64,000 nt of DNA, taken from positions 80,228,001 through 80,292,000 of the forward strand of contig NC_043005.1 in assembly GCF_006345805.1 (NCBI RefSeq), written 5' to 3'. Each line of letters begins with the position of its first letter. Within the stretch, counting starts at the first letter, position 1. The position numbers were made by a program, and so were the translations under genes. Shown here piece by piece: positions 38,051 to 51,239 of the stretch. The notes beneath the pieces were generated by a model. The model searched no databases, was not told the DNA's origin, and was given only the letters and a program-made list of their open reading frames with translations. Source of the stretch: Octopus sinensis. Taxonomy: Eukaryota.

Positions 38051-38304
38051 GACCCCCTTCGGTCATGAATGACCATGGGATTGCACCTAGAAAGTTATCC
38101 TCCTAGACACAAGTCCGGGCAAGGTTGTTTATGGAAGGCCAGCAGTCGCCCATGCATACCAGCCTCCCCTCTCCACGCCACCAGTGTTATCCAAGGGAAA
38201 GACAAAGGTCGATACAGCTTGGCACCAGTGACGTCGCAGCTCATTTCTACAACTGAGTGAACTGGAGCAACGTGAAATAAAGTGCCTTGCTCGAGAACAC
38301 AACA
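38051..38304 (-). mobile_element. SINE family D, head missing
   Basis: gtgttctcgagcaaggcactttatttcacgttgctccagttcactcag...gaccgaagggggtc on the minus strand. Confidence 0.8.
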
Positions 38305-38315
38305 CATATATAAGC

Positions 38316-38668
38316 TCGCTCTGATACCATGAGTTGAGGTGATGTCTTCTAGTACCTCCAAATTTAATATACAATTATTCATAATTGTAGAGTCCTACGC
38401 TGAAGAGAAAAATAGTTGGGTAAGACATAATTATCTAATTTTTATGCTTTCCTAAGACTTAATTTCGAAACGTACGTCCGTAGGTGACTTAATATAGAAT
38501 GATTGTCGTCATTTCTTTCTCTTTTGCCTGCGTTTGCCTTTTAAGTGCTGTGGCTTTACTGAGATCTCCCTTTTAAGTAGAAAGAATAGCCATAACTCTT
38601 TGACTGCTATTTCTAAACTCGGTGTGTGGTGAGGCAAATCGTTGCTAAACCCTTAATTACTTAGTATA
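38316..38668 (+). mobile_element. Penelope-like terminal repeat, older copy of family P9
   Basis: Diverged homolog of 40270-40655. Confidence 0.75.
38394..38484 (+). ncRNA. Type I hammerhead ribozyme with canonical core and GUC site
   Basis: cctacg-CTGAAGA-gaaa..(long loop)..tttc-GAA-ACGTACGT-C-cgtagg; perfect 6-bp stem I. Confidence 0.8.
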
Positions 38669-39519
38669 CATATATATATATAATTATATATGTATGTGTG
38701 TGTATATATGTATGTATGTATGTAAATATGTTTGCATGGGGGCTTATTTCAGTTTCCGTCCTCCAGATTCACTCAAAAGTCTTTGCTCGAACCGGTTTAA
38801 TATTTGAAGATACTTGCCCAGGATGCAATGTAATGGGAAGGAACCTGAGACCACGTGGTTAGTAAGCAAACTTATTAACCAAAAGACGCACCTGCACCTA
38901 TTTCTAAATTAATAAATTTTTGATTATCACAAATGAATTTTATATTGCTTGTCTTCTTCAAAATCGTACATTTCTCAACAGCAGTAGTATAACATACCCA
39001 GATCTTATTGTCGTTCGTGTTGATTATTACAAAGTGAGAGTTGATCAGACAAGCCTCTAATCATAGGCAATCCATAGTTGACCATTCCCTCATTGCGATT
39101 CAGAGAACGTACCTAGGATTACATTACGTATCGTTCGTATTTTAACGTCAGACTGCTTCAATTAACAAGTAGAGTATTTGAACTATGATAATCAAATCAA
39201 AGCCAAGTTTTGCTGTTAGTGGTTCATACACACCGTACCAAGTATTGCGGATACTTAAAATAAATCGAAAAATGTATTTTTAATGTATTATTTTCAGTCT
39301 GTCTTTTATCTTTTAACCTTTACTTGTTTCAGCCACCAGATTGCGGCCATGCTGGGGCACAGCCGTGAAGCGTTTTAGTTCAGCAAATTGACCCCAGTAT
39401 TATTGTTTTTTTTTAAGTCAGATACTCATTCTAGCGGACCTTTAGTCGAACCGCTAGCTTACAGGAGCTTAATCACACCCACACCAGCTCTCAAGTGGCG
39501 GTGGGGAAAACACGGGCAC

Positions 39520-39550
<31 letters not shown>

Positions 39551-39839
39551 TCCGTAATAATGAAGGGTGAAATTAATTAATTTGGAATAATTATCAATTA
39601 CACCAAGTAGTCTTCGGCATGTAAAAGCCTCATTCGAGGAAAATTTAAGTAATACTAAGCAATAAAGGGTTTAGCAACGAATTGCCTTACCACATACCGA
39701 ATTTAGAAATAGCAGTCAAAGAGTTATAGCTATTTCTTCTACTAAAAGGGAGATCTCAGTAAAAACAGCAATTGGAAGGCAGACACAAACAGGTAAGAGA
39801 GAATGAATTGACGGCAATCTATCATACATTTTTAAGTTA

Positions 39840-39946
39840 TCTACGGACGTACGTTTCGAAATCAAGTTTTTAGGAAAGCATAAGAATTAAATATTAAATA
39901 TTAAATAATTCTATCTTACCGAAACTTCCTTTCTCTTCAGCGTAGA
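39840..39946 (-). ncRNA. Type I hammerhead ribozyme with canonical core and GUC site
   Basis: tctacg-CTGAAGA-gaaa...tttc-GAA-ACGTACGT-C-cgtaga. Confidence 0.8.
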
Positions 39947-40354
39947 ATACTATAATCATAAATGATTATATATTGAATTTTGAGATACTAGAAGGCACCA
40001 ACTCAACTCAGTATCAGAGCGAGCTAGAATCCGCAACTAGTATCACCGAATTCAATTTGTGAATGAAACGATTGTGTCACCAGCCCCTTCCCACCCGCGT
40101 GTAGCCAAAACAAGACGCTGGTCATCTACTGAGATAAAATATGGTTATCCGTAATAATGAAGGGTGAAATTAATTAATTTGGAATAATTATCAATTACAC
40201 CAAGTGGGTAGGAAGGGCTGGTGACACAATCGTTTCATTCACAAATTGAATTCGGTGATACTAGTTGCGGATTCTAGCTCGCTCTGATACTGAGTTGAGT
40301 TGGTGCCTTCTAGTATCTCAAAATTCAATATATAATCATTTATGATTATAGTAT

Positions 40355-40461
40355 TATACGCTGAAGAGAAAGGAAGTTTCGGTAAGATAGAATTATTTAA
40401 TATTTAATATTTAATTCTTATGCTTTCCTAAAAACTTGATTTCGAAACGTACGTCCGTAGA
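40355..40461 (+). ncRNA. Type I hammerhead ribozyme with one stem I mismatch
   Basis: tatacg-CTGAAGA-gaaa...tttc-GAA-ACGTACGT-C-cgtaga. Confidence 0.75.
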
Positions 40462-40654
40462 TAACTTAAAAATGTATGATAGATTGCCGTCAATTCATTC
40501 TCTCTTACCTGTTTGTGTCTGCCTTCCAATTGCTGTTTTTACTGAGATCTCCCTTTTTAGTAGAAGAATAGCTATAACTCTTTGACTGCTATTTCTAAAT
40601 TCGGTATGTGGTAAGGCAATTCGATGCTAAACCCTTTATTGCTTAGTATTACTT

Positions 40655-40674
40655 ATATATATATATATATGTAT

Positions 40675-40727
<53 letters not shown>

Positions 40728-40742
40728 TATATATGTATATAT

Positions 40743-40785
<43 letters not shown>

Positions 40786-40852
40786 TATATATATTATATA
40801 TATATATTATATATATATATAATATATATTATATATATATAATATATATATG

Positions 40853-40891
<39 letters not shown>

Positions 40892-40932
40892 TTATATATG
40901 TATATATCTATATATATATATATGTATATATC

Positions 40933-40964
<32 letters not shown>

Positions 40965-40965
40965 G

Positions 40966-40996
<31 letters not shown>

Positions 40997-41000
40997 ATTA

Positions 41001-41073
<73 letters not shown>

Positions 41074-41085
41074 GTATGTATATAT
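40655..41085. repeat. (TA)n-rich microsatellite of about 430 bp
   Basis: Direct reading. Confidence 0.95.
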
Positions 41086-41098
41086 TCGATGGGCTAAC

Positions 41099-41329
41099 GG
41101 CGACGAGCTGGCAGAAATGTTAGCACGCCGGGCAAAATGCTTAGCGATAGTTCGTCTGCCGTTACGTTCTGAGTTTAAATTCCGCCGAGGTCGACGTGAC
41201 CTTTCATCCTTTCGGGATCGATTAAATAAATACCAGCTATGCACTGGGGACGATATAATCGACTTAATCCCTTTGTCTGTCCTTGTCTGTCCCCTCTATG
41301 TTTAGCCCCTTGTGGCAATAAAGAAATAA
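41099..41329 (+). mobile_element. SINE family A monomer (T1 tail)
   Basis: Complete head, body and T1 tail. Confidence 0.9.
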
Positions 41330-41550
41330 ATATTATTATTGATCTTTCAGCCAAGGTCGAATTTGCGTCTCATCCTTTCGAGATCAATAAAATTAATACC
41401 AGTTGATCCCCAAGGTTCATGTAATCGATTTGCTACCTCCGTCAATTTTCAGACCTGGTGCCTATTTTAGAAGCAATTTTATAATCGATCCTGAAATAAA
41501 AGTCAAAACAAACACTAATCTGCGTTCAGCATCCTAAGCGACAGCAGTTC

Positions 41551-42063
41551 CAATGGCTCTCAACCGACGTTCATATGACCCTTTGGGGTCGGTAATTTTG
41601 TTTGTTTTTTTGTTAAAATTTATCTGCAGTAAATTGGTTAGACTGTTCAAAAAGTCTCTCCGTAGTAAGTATTTTATTGCAAAATAAATATTTATAAGAT
41701 GGTATAAGACTACAAAAGAATATATTAGACTGAAGACTTTAAAAAAACATTATAAGAGGTGTTGAAAGTGTCTTCCTTCATTTTCAATACACAAGTTGAC
41801 TCTTCTACACGTGTTTCGAAATACATCTTGGAGAGTCTGACTCAGGGAGAGTCAGGATGGAAAATATTCAATGCGGAGAGACTTTTTGAACACCCTGTAA
41901 AATACATCAATATTTTCACAATTATTTTTATACAATACCTAATAATATCTAATTAGGAAAATATAATGGTATTTTTTAATCATTGAATGGCTATAAGGGT
42001 CCATCCGAGTAAAATGAGAATCAAAAGGGTCCATAGATTAAAAAATGGTTGGGTATTACTCTG
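41551..42063. mobile_element. hAT-type MITE (cagtggttctcaacc-like TIR), degenerate
   Basis: Left caatggctctcaacc..atatgacccc; right aagggtccatagattaaaaaatggttgg. Related to 43189-43523. Confidence 0.55.
41637..41899. mobile_element. Tc1/mariner-type MITE nested in the hAT MITE
   Basis: Inverted tgttcaaaaagtctctccg / cggagagactttttgaaca. Right end ..caccctg|ta is typical of the cagggtg Tc1 terminus. Confidence 0.55.
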
Positions 42064-42467
42064 CTAGACGGATATTTCCAGTACACAGTTTAATGAGATA
42101 GGGATCACTTTGAACATTGCTAAATCATATACACACGATATGCTTAACTTCTTAAATTCGCCATAAAAGTAAATTAATGCTAAATACGATGTTATTATTA
42201 ATTTTCAAAATATAAAGCTATTGAAAGCTAGGTTTAATGTTGAAACAGGAATAAAGCTATTTAAGTCGTAATTAATAAATGAAATATATACAAATGCGAC
42301 AATTGTTGTAAAAATCAAAGCGTTTTAAAAACGGGAAATAAGAAATGTTTACAATATATTACACGGAAATTGAAAGCTTCTTTCATACGTTTATAATTCT
42401 ATTTTCTCTCAGGATAATATATTTATCGTTCTGCTGTTTACAATAATCTATTTGCATGTTGTTGTTG

Positions 42468-42531
<64 letters not shown>

Positions 42532-43188
42532 GCTAAAACAAGAAATTAAAATGGAGGAAAATGAAATTAATGAAAGAATGAAGGAAAACAAGAAATACTT
42601 TTACGATCAATATTCGTTTAGTTGAAAGTAAGTAGAACTGGAAGAAAACATAAAAATTCGTTTAGAAAACATTCAACTCTGTTTACTTACGTCGGAATTT
42701 TACTTGTTGGGGAATGAAAACACTTTACAAAAGTAGGTAGCATGTCACAAGCGAAATTTCTTAATTTTTAAAGAAAATTTCACCATTATGTTTCGGAATT
42801 TCCTTAATTTCCTTTCAAACAGACTGTAAACAACTTTTAAATTGAAATTATTTAATTCTACTTTACGCTTATTAATTTTATTCTAAACAGTAAAAATCAC
42901 ATTCAGCATTAATTGCTTTGCAATACCGTATTTATGAAAAATACATTGAGGATTTGAAGTTATTGTATATATTAATGAATAACCATTTACATTTCATTTT
43001 GTTTAATAGCTTTAAAATGGTGTTCATTATGTAAAAAAAAACTGATGGTTCGCCGTACCAAATATTTTCCTGTCTGTAATTTGGTACCTTTAAATTCTGA
43101 GTTCAAGTCATACCAAGATCGATTAATTTTTTCATTCACTTTAGGGACTATTGAATATATAAAAGGAACATTGTTTTGGGTATAAAAC

Positions 43189-43523
43189 CAGTGGTTATTA
43201 ACCAGTGTCTATATGGCCTCGGAGGGTCTATATAAGATTGTTTTTTTTTTTAGTAGGGTGTCTACAGAAAATTTTAAATTGGGGCCATGAAAAATCTTTG
43301 CTTTAGATGTATGTATTGGTATGTATTGCAAGAAACAGGTTTCTGTCTCAAACATTTTACATAGTTCAACCCACACAAGTTAATGTGTGAAAAACAAAAT
43401 AGGAAGTTTGAAAGACGCTTCTATAAAATAAGATTTTGAACATCGAATGGTTATGGTTGGGGGCTACCAGAATAAAATTTTAATCAAAATGTTCCATACA
43501 TAAAAAATGGTTGAGAACCCCTA
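43189..43523. mobile_element. hAT-type MITE
   Basis: TIRs cagtggttattaacc and ggttgagaaccccta. Confidence 0.6.
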
Positions 43524-43886
43524 ATACAGACTATGACAAACATTTTGAGGGAGAGGATTAGCTGATCCGATTCGGCCCAGTGCTTTACCGGTATAATTTT
43601 TTACCATACACGTCTTCAATTAGACGATTTTAAATGCTGAGATTAAAATCACACGAGGACCAACTTTGATTTTAATTTTCTTGGTGTTTGTTTAGTCAAT
43701 AAATACTAGTCAAGCATTAGAAAAAAAAAACATTGAAAGTGTACAAGATCAAAATTTTGGGGAAAATCCCCATAATTGCCTCACCATGGAAACAAAAGAA
43801 AAAATAGGAGGGATTAAGCAGCAGAAGACGTAAGAGTGAATAATGGGTTGTACACTCCAGAACAAATAGCGTGTTTAGACGCGCCT

Positions 43887-44065
43887 CGTGGACATAACTG
43901 CCGTGGTGTTGCCGACAATGATGGCCAGTGGAACCCTCAGCAGTAGTCACCTAATCTCGCGGGGTTCATTTCTCAGACGGGCCGGAGAAAATCGTCACTG
44001 GGAGATCCGCAAATATCTGTGGTTTCGATGGTGACTGGAACAAACTGGAAGCAGCCGGTCAGGGT
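43887..44065 (-). mobile_element. C-terminal fragment of a CRE-like RLE retrotransposon ORF
   Basis: Minus strand FQFVPVTIETTDICG and, in a shifted frame, PREIR*LLLRVPLAIIVGNTTAVMST. These resemble the FVPVAIET.G and QRLS.A..RGNAA motifs. Confidence 0.55.
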
Positions 44066-44667
44066 CCTGTATTTTTTTATTTTTCACTCTTCTGTGTTAC
44101 AGGCTGCATGTTTCTGATGTAAGCATATAGAATCACATTTTTATGAAAGGCATTCATCGATAACACTGAACGCAGCACTTGATTGGTACTTGATTTTATC
44201 AACACACAAATTCTTAATTGGGTAACTTTATATTCTAATTTCAAACAATGATGGAATCGATTTTGGTTTTAATCTTCCGGGATTCGAGCCAATAAATAAT
44301 AGTCAAATAATCAGTTCTGATTTAGTCAGAGCGACAGCAATTTTCATGCAGGGTCTCATCGATCCCAACCACACTGGTCTCAGTAAATCACTGGTAATTT
44401 CTTTCTCAACCTAGGCGCAGGCGTCACTGTCTAATAAGAAGCTTGCTTCGCAACCACATGGTTCCGGTTTCTGTATCAGTGCGTGGAAACTTGGGCAAGT
44501 GTTTTCTAGTATAGCCTTGGTCCCACTAAAGCCTCCATTCAGGTCTTACATCCTGGTGATTATTGGGCTCTTGGCGCTTGTTGCACCAGACGAGTACAAG
44601 TTTGAAGGACACCAGTGTGGACTGGCCCTGCACAAATCATGCCCGAAATAAAAATTCTTTCTACTAA

Positions 44668-45080
44668 GACGGCGAGCTGGTGTGAACGTTAACACGCCGT
44701 TCGAAATGCTTCGTCAGTCTTTACGTTCTGAGTTCAAATTCTGCCGAGGTCGACTTTGCCTTTCATCCTTTCGGGGTCGATAAGTTAAGTAGCAGTTGCG
44801 TACTGGAATCGATCTAATTGACTGGGCTCCTCTCATAATTTTTCGGGTCTTGTGCCTAGTGCTGGAAAGAATAATCCTTTCTACTAAAGGAAGAGAACCT
44901 GAAATTTTGGTTTCCAGTGTATTACATCGACTCCAGTGTTTCACTGGTACTTATTTTATCGGCCCCGAATGGATGAAAAGCAAAGTCGACCTCGAGGGAA
45001 TTTGAACTCAGATCATAAAGACAGACGAAATGTTGCCAAGCATTTCGCCTGATGTGCTAACGATTCTGCCAGCTCGCCGA
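44668..45080. mobile_element. Tail-to-tail pair of family A (T2) SINEs
   Basis: + copy at 44668-44872 and - copy at about 44875-45080. Confidence 0.8.
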
Positions 45081-45114
45081 CTTCATGCCTGCTATAATTA
45101 TATTCATGGTGCAG

Positions 45115-45342
45115 ATGGCAGCGAGCTGGCAGGATGGTTAGCACGCTGGACGAAATGCTTAGCAGTATTTCGTTTGCCGTTACGTTCTGAGTTCAAATTC
45201 CGCCGAGGTTGATTTTTGCCTTTCGTCCTTTCGGGGTCGATTAAATAAGTGCCAGCCACGCACTGGGGTCGATGCAATCGACTTAATCCCTTTGTCTGTG
45301 TATGTCCCCTGTGTTTAGCCCCCCGTGAGCAATAAAGAAATA
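45115..45342 (+). mobile_element. SINE family A monomer (T1) with 16-bp TSD
   Basis: tatattcatggtgcag at 45099-45114 and 45343-45358. Confidence 0.9.
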
Positions 45343-46423
45343 TATATTCATGGTGCAGGTTGATCAAAAATTAAACCAAGACATCGGGACCAATAACAGC
45401 AAACTTTTCGTTCGTTGAGTGGCGATAGAAAAAGAGGGGACGACAGAAACGGGATGAGGATGCTACTAGAGTCTTCAGTTTTCACCACGCCAGCAGGCGG
45501 CCATAGGGTGATGATCTCGTGTGTGTGCGTGAGTGCGCGTTTATATTTGTTTCTGTGCATGTGTTTGTGTGTTTGTGTGCATGTACGCCTGTATGAGAGT
45601 GTATGGTTGAGTGTTTGAGTTTGTGTGTGAGGTGGTTGTCAGTTTATTTGCGTGTAAGCGTTTGTGTGTGTGTGTGTTTTTGCTCGTAATTGTGTGTGTA
45701 TGTTCGGGTATGTATGGGTTTGTGTGTGTGTTCGTGTTCATGTGAGCGTATGCCCATATGTGTGTACGTCCATGTTTGTGGGTTTGTATGTATGTATTTG
45801 CGTGTACATCACAACCACCACCACCACCACCACCATCTCTTATCGTCGCAGCCACGAGAGGGAGAGTCCAATATGTCATTGAAGATTCGAGGGGGAAAAA
45901 AGCAACGACCGAATAATAAATAAACTCCGAAACACTCATTTATATGATCTGTCTAATCAGGCCTCAACCAGGGGTTAAACAACTTCCCCAACAACAACAA
46001 CAATAACAAAATACAACAATAACAAAATACAACAAAAAAACAAAACAGCAACGATACCAAAGTCTTTGGCTTATAAATAAACACAGCGTTGTCTTTAAGA
46101 AATCTATGTCAATGCTTGAACGTATTTTGACAGCATCATGTGTCATATCTTCACAATAAACTCGCTTTACGAAAATATCATAAACAGTTTTAAGTTATTA
46201 AACGTGTGTTTCGTGTTTATTTTGCTTTCAGTCAAAATGGCCAAATAAAGACTTCTTCAATGAATTGGTGCTTTCCTACAAAATTTCTAAAGAGTATTGG
46301 TAACTACATACACTCTGTTTAGTCTTTCGTATTCCAGAATTATACCCGATTCACACACACACTTCCGCATTGGCACCCACACATACTCATGCGTGCGCCC
46401 GCATTCAAGCACAAGTGCGTATG

Positions 46424-46486
<63 letters not shown>

Positions 46487-46515
46487 CGTTTGATTACACT
46501 CGTTCAGAAATTATA

Positions 46516-46567
<52 letters not shown>

Positions 46568-47029
46568 CCATCTCTCTGTCTCTCTCCCTCTCTCATATAT
46601 ATGAATGTGTGTGTATGCATGCATGTATGTATGTATGTACGTCGCCTTTTGAGGGTAATGTAGCCGGTATTTCTGCTGTTCTAACGGCAACTCTGCGTCC
46701 GAAAAAACATTTTCTAATGTATAACGTACAATACACATTTCAATTCTTCTAATAAAAACAAAAAAAAAAAATATTTGTTTGTTTCCATTTATACAAACAC
46801 ACACACACACATATGTAGACATGCGTGAGTATTTTGCGTGCATACTTTGAGCATACTCACGCAACTGTGTGTGTGTGTCGGGTGTGTCTATGTGTGTGTA
46901 TGTGTATACCTATATACGTAGACATGCGTGAGTATGGACAAATTATATATATATATATATATAATATTACATATAGGTAGACATGTAGACATAGAAATAG
47001 AGAGAGAGAGAGGGGAAGTAAGAGTGAGG

Positions 47030-47085
47030 TAGATAGATAGCAGATAGATAGATAAATAGATAGATAGATAGATAGATAGATAGGC

Positions 47086-47149
<64 letters not shown>

Positions 47150-47200
47150 GATAGATAGATAGATAGATAGATAAATAGATAGACAGATAAATAGGTAGAT
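47030..47200. repeat. (GATA)n microsatellite
   Basis: Direct reading. Confidence 0.95.
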
Positions 47201-48170
47201 AGAAAGATAGCGAATATGTGTTAAATTCCATCAATGTATGCATGTGGATATATATATATATATATATATATTATACATATATTTTAAATACCTACGCGCA
47301 CGCACACGCATACACACATAATTGTACTAAGACATCACAATTAGAGAAAGGCAGAGAGATTGTACGTATGAGCGACTAATGGGAAATAGAAAACGGCCAA
47401 TATACTTGACATGAGTCATTAGTCATTAGTCATTAGTACGGCGAATATTTTTCCTTCTCGTATTCCTTCAATCTGGAACCCAACCAGTATCAACATTCGC
47501 AGCGGCGTTCGTAGAAAAATACTTAGGAAAACGTCTTTGTTATATCGTTTTTATAAGCAACAATGTTTATTTGTTACAATTATTCGGTTGGCATGGCGAG
47601 TTTAAAAACGATATTCCTCTGTTTGTTTTCCTTATGAAAAACCGTATCTCTAAAGCATTTATTTAAGTCGAAACTTTATAACCCTTGCTAATTGTATCTG
47701 TCCGTTTCTATCGTATGATCTCGCTTGTAATCGCCATGTTTTTTTCTCCAAAAAGATAATTTTATTATTATTGTTTCCTCGTTTTTTTATGCATTTTCTT
47801 TTTTCTTTTTTTTTTTTTTGAGGTTTCGTTCAAAATGCATTTAATGTCCGTATACAGTACCGTATATAAGTACCGTATACAGAGGCCTTCAGTTTGGCAT
47901 ATATAGAAATTCCGTTACTGAAGGAGAGCAGTTGTCTCATATTCGTGTGTGTGTGTATGTCTTTGTGTGTGTATGTATGTGTGTGTGTGTGTGTATGTGT
48001 GCGCGTGTGTGTGTGCACGCGTGCGTTTATTTCTATATATATTTATAAATATGTCTGAAATTTGTGTTTTTGTTCAAGCTTACATGTATATATGTTTATT
48101 TGTATGCATATATATATATATATATATAATGTATATATACAGGAACGCAAACGCACTCACACATACGCTC

Positions 48171-48213
<43 letters not shown>

Positions 48214-48267
48214 GTATATATAATGTATATATACAGGAACGCAAACGTATTCACACACACGCTCATT

Positions 48268-48303
<36 letters not shown>

Positions 48304-48344
48304 CACACACACATACACACACACACTCGCACACACACACGCGC

Positions 48345-48381
<37 letters not shown>

Positions 48382-48759
48382 AAGTTTGGGATTTTGCTAT
48401 TTCCATTTAGAAATAAGGAAATATCAATTCTTTTAGGAAGCATTCTTGCTCCTTAATATTTCCAGCTGTATAAATAACATTCTAAAGCCAAATGCTGTTT
48501 CCACATCGTACAAATCACTTAGCTGGAAATTTTTAAGAGGCAGTATTATTTTTCTACCAATAGTATATATAACACAATTGTTAAATAGACGAGAGAGAAA
48601 TATTTTTCTTTTGTCCTTAAGATGACACTATATCTATAGTAAAATTTATCGCTGTAGAGCCAATGTTATTTATAAGAAAGTCTAATCTCAGTAAGTGAGG
48701 AGTGAAAAATGTAATGCACGTTAAATTTTGGGAAAAGTTTAAAATAGAATATATGAAAA

Positions 48760-48927
48760 GGCGCAGGAGAGGCTGTGTGGTAAGAAGCCTGCTTCCCAAC
48801 CACATGGTTTCGGGTTCTTTCCCACTGCGTGGCACCTTGGACGAGCGTTTTCTACTATAGTCTCGGGCCTCTCGAAGCCTTGTGAGTGGATTTGGTAGAC
48901 GGAAACTGAAAGAAGCATATCGCATGT

Positions 48928-48959
<32 letters not shown>

Positions 48960-49660
48960 ATATATATATATATGTATTCCGCCGGGATCGAATTTGCCTT
49001 TCATCCTTTCGGGGTCGATTAAATAAGTACCAGTAACGCACTGTAGTCGATATGATCAACTTAATCCGTTTGTCTGACCTTGTCTGTCCTCTCTGTGTTT
49101 AGCCCCTTGTGGGTAGTAAAGAAATAGGTATTTCGTCTACCGTTACATTCTGAGTTCAAATTCCGCCGAGGTCAACTTTTCCTTTTATCCTTTCGGGGTC
49201 GATTAAATAAGTCAGTTACGCACTGGGGTCGATATAATCGACTTAATCCGTTCGTCTGTTCTTGTTTGTCCCCTCTATCTTTAGCCCCTTGTGGGCAATA
49301 AAGAAATAAGAAGCTTGCTTCCTTACAACATGGTTCCGGATTCAGTCCCACTGCTTGGCACCTTCAGCATGTGTCTTATTCTATAGCTCCGGGTCAATCA
49401 AATCCGCCTTATCAGTGGATTTTGTAGACGGAAACTGAAAGAAGCCGGTCGCATATTTGGTCCCCAACCACTTCCATTTGACAACTAGTATTGGTATATT
49501 TACGTCCTCGTAATTTAAAGTTTCGGCAAAAGAATCTGAAAGAATTCATTTCCAGGCTTAGAGAAAATATCATAAGATCTGGAATCGATTCATTGGACTA
49601 AAAGCTTTTCAACGTGGTACCCCAGCTTGGCCACAATCTAATAATTGAAGCAAGCAAAAG
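48760..49660 (+). mobile_element. SINE cluster: family C 5' half, family A dimer (48977-49308), then a second family C copy
   Basis: Junction aaagaaatag|gtatttcgtc near 49125, with C-family head and tail motifs on both sides. Confidence 0.8.
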
Positions 49661-49709
49661 ATAAAAAGTAAAAGATCCATATCACATCTAATTCTCCTTT
49701 TATTATAAA

Positions 49710-50102
49710 CTAGCAGTATCGCCCGGCGTTGCTCAAGTTTGTTTCGACCGTTTAGAAATGGAATTTTGGAAAAGTAAAAAAATGTTGCATTATATAGCGT
49801 GTCATTCTCTTTAATTGAACGTTTTTCTGGTTGAAATACACCGAAAAATGGTGAAACAGCAGTAAAAAAATCGTAAAAAATAGGGATTTTCAGAGAAAAA
49901 AAGCACCTTTTGATGTAAAGAATTTTTGGTGTTAAGATGGTCCAATTTGAATTTTTTCTTCTACGGAAGAAAGAGCAAGCTTGCTTCTATCATACTTTCA
50001 ATTTTAGTCAAATTGCGCTGCAGGGTCTCGGAGGAGATAGTGTTAGTTGAAGGCTACCAAACCTGCCATACACAGACAACTTCAGCATTATATATATAGA
50101 GA
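49710..50102 (-). mobile_element. Non-autonomous Helitron
   Basis: Minus strand starts a|TCtctatatatataatgctgaagttgtctg and ends gagcaacgccgggcgatactgCTAG|t. This gives a 5' TC, a GC-rich subterminal segment, a 3' CTAG and an A|T target. Confidence 0.75.
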
Positions 50103-51239
50103 TATGTAACATGAAGCACCAGGGAAACTTCTTAATTAAGACGCAGTTTAATTGGTTCCTATGAAACGTGATATCGCTCTCATATATGAAAGATACTCTC
50201 TAAAAGTAAGCAATAAAACTGATTATCTAATACAATACTTACATACGCATAGTGAATGATTTAGCAGTGAAGTGTTAATTGTTCATCACATTCACGACAC
50301 GTCACGAAGATCTTAACCTACGATATAACAGCACTATTAATTAAACATAAAACGGCTAATTACTACGAGTGAATGGTAATTTTCTGTGATTCATAAATGT
50401 CAAACATTTCAGCGATGTGAAGTGGAATATTTCTTAGAAGAATATTCTGCATGCAGACAGAGGAGACGTAAAAGGTGAGACGGTAAAAAGAGCTTTCGTT
50501 ATAATGAGACGAGATTACAAATGGAAGAATGAAAACATAATGGAAGAACACAATTGGGGAGAAATTTGAAGAATATTTACAAAACATCTTAGTTGGACCA
50601 TTACATTGGTCGGGTTCTTTAATGTAATATGACCAATTTTATTGGAAGTTAATGGGAAAAACTTCCTCGTGAAGTAGATAAACGGTAAACAGAGATGGGT
50701 GTGGTGATGATCTTGAACGAAAAGTTACTGGCACGTGCACCCGTTAATAAGAGGTCATTAGCACATTGGAAACTCAGTGAGGTGTTTACGAGTGGATCGA
50801 GTGTTCGGTTCTCACACGATCATGTTGTTAAAGTTGGCACCGAGAAACGAATTTGAGTGACGTTTGAGTATTATTGGTGGGTGTTAAAAAAATAAAAAGT
50901 AGAACAGAAAGCAGAGTGATCATTAGAAGAAAGGTTAGAAAGAAATGAAAAGAAGAAAAGAATAATGGATGGAATTATTTCGAAAGAATTGAAAGTTCGA
51001 GTGTCAAATTAAGAGTCGCATAATTAAAATATAAAATAAGATAAATAAAAAATTAAAACAAATAAACCGATGATTGCAAACAAATGAGAATATCATTTAA
51101 CAAACGGATGCTTGGATGTTCTGTTATATTAATTGTGGTGATTAAATGTTGTTGATGTTGGGGTTGTCGATTTGATGTCGTCGATGTTGGCTTTGCTGTT
51201 CCACTTCGCTGCTCAGCGAATAATTACAGCGTTATTGTT

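Larger units (their letters stand above)
39547..40655. mobile_element. Young Penelope-like inverted structure (about 450-bp arms) with a 62-bp direct repeat
   Basis: Arms 39646-40096 and 40206-40655 differ at only a handful of positions. 39547-39608 is identical to 40144-40205. Confidence 0.85.
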
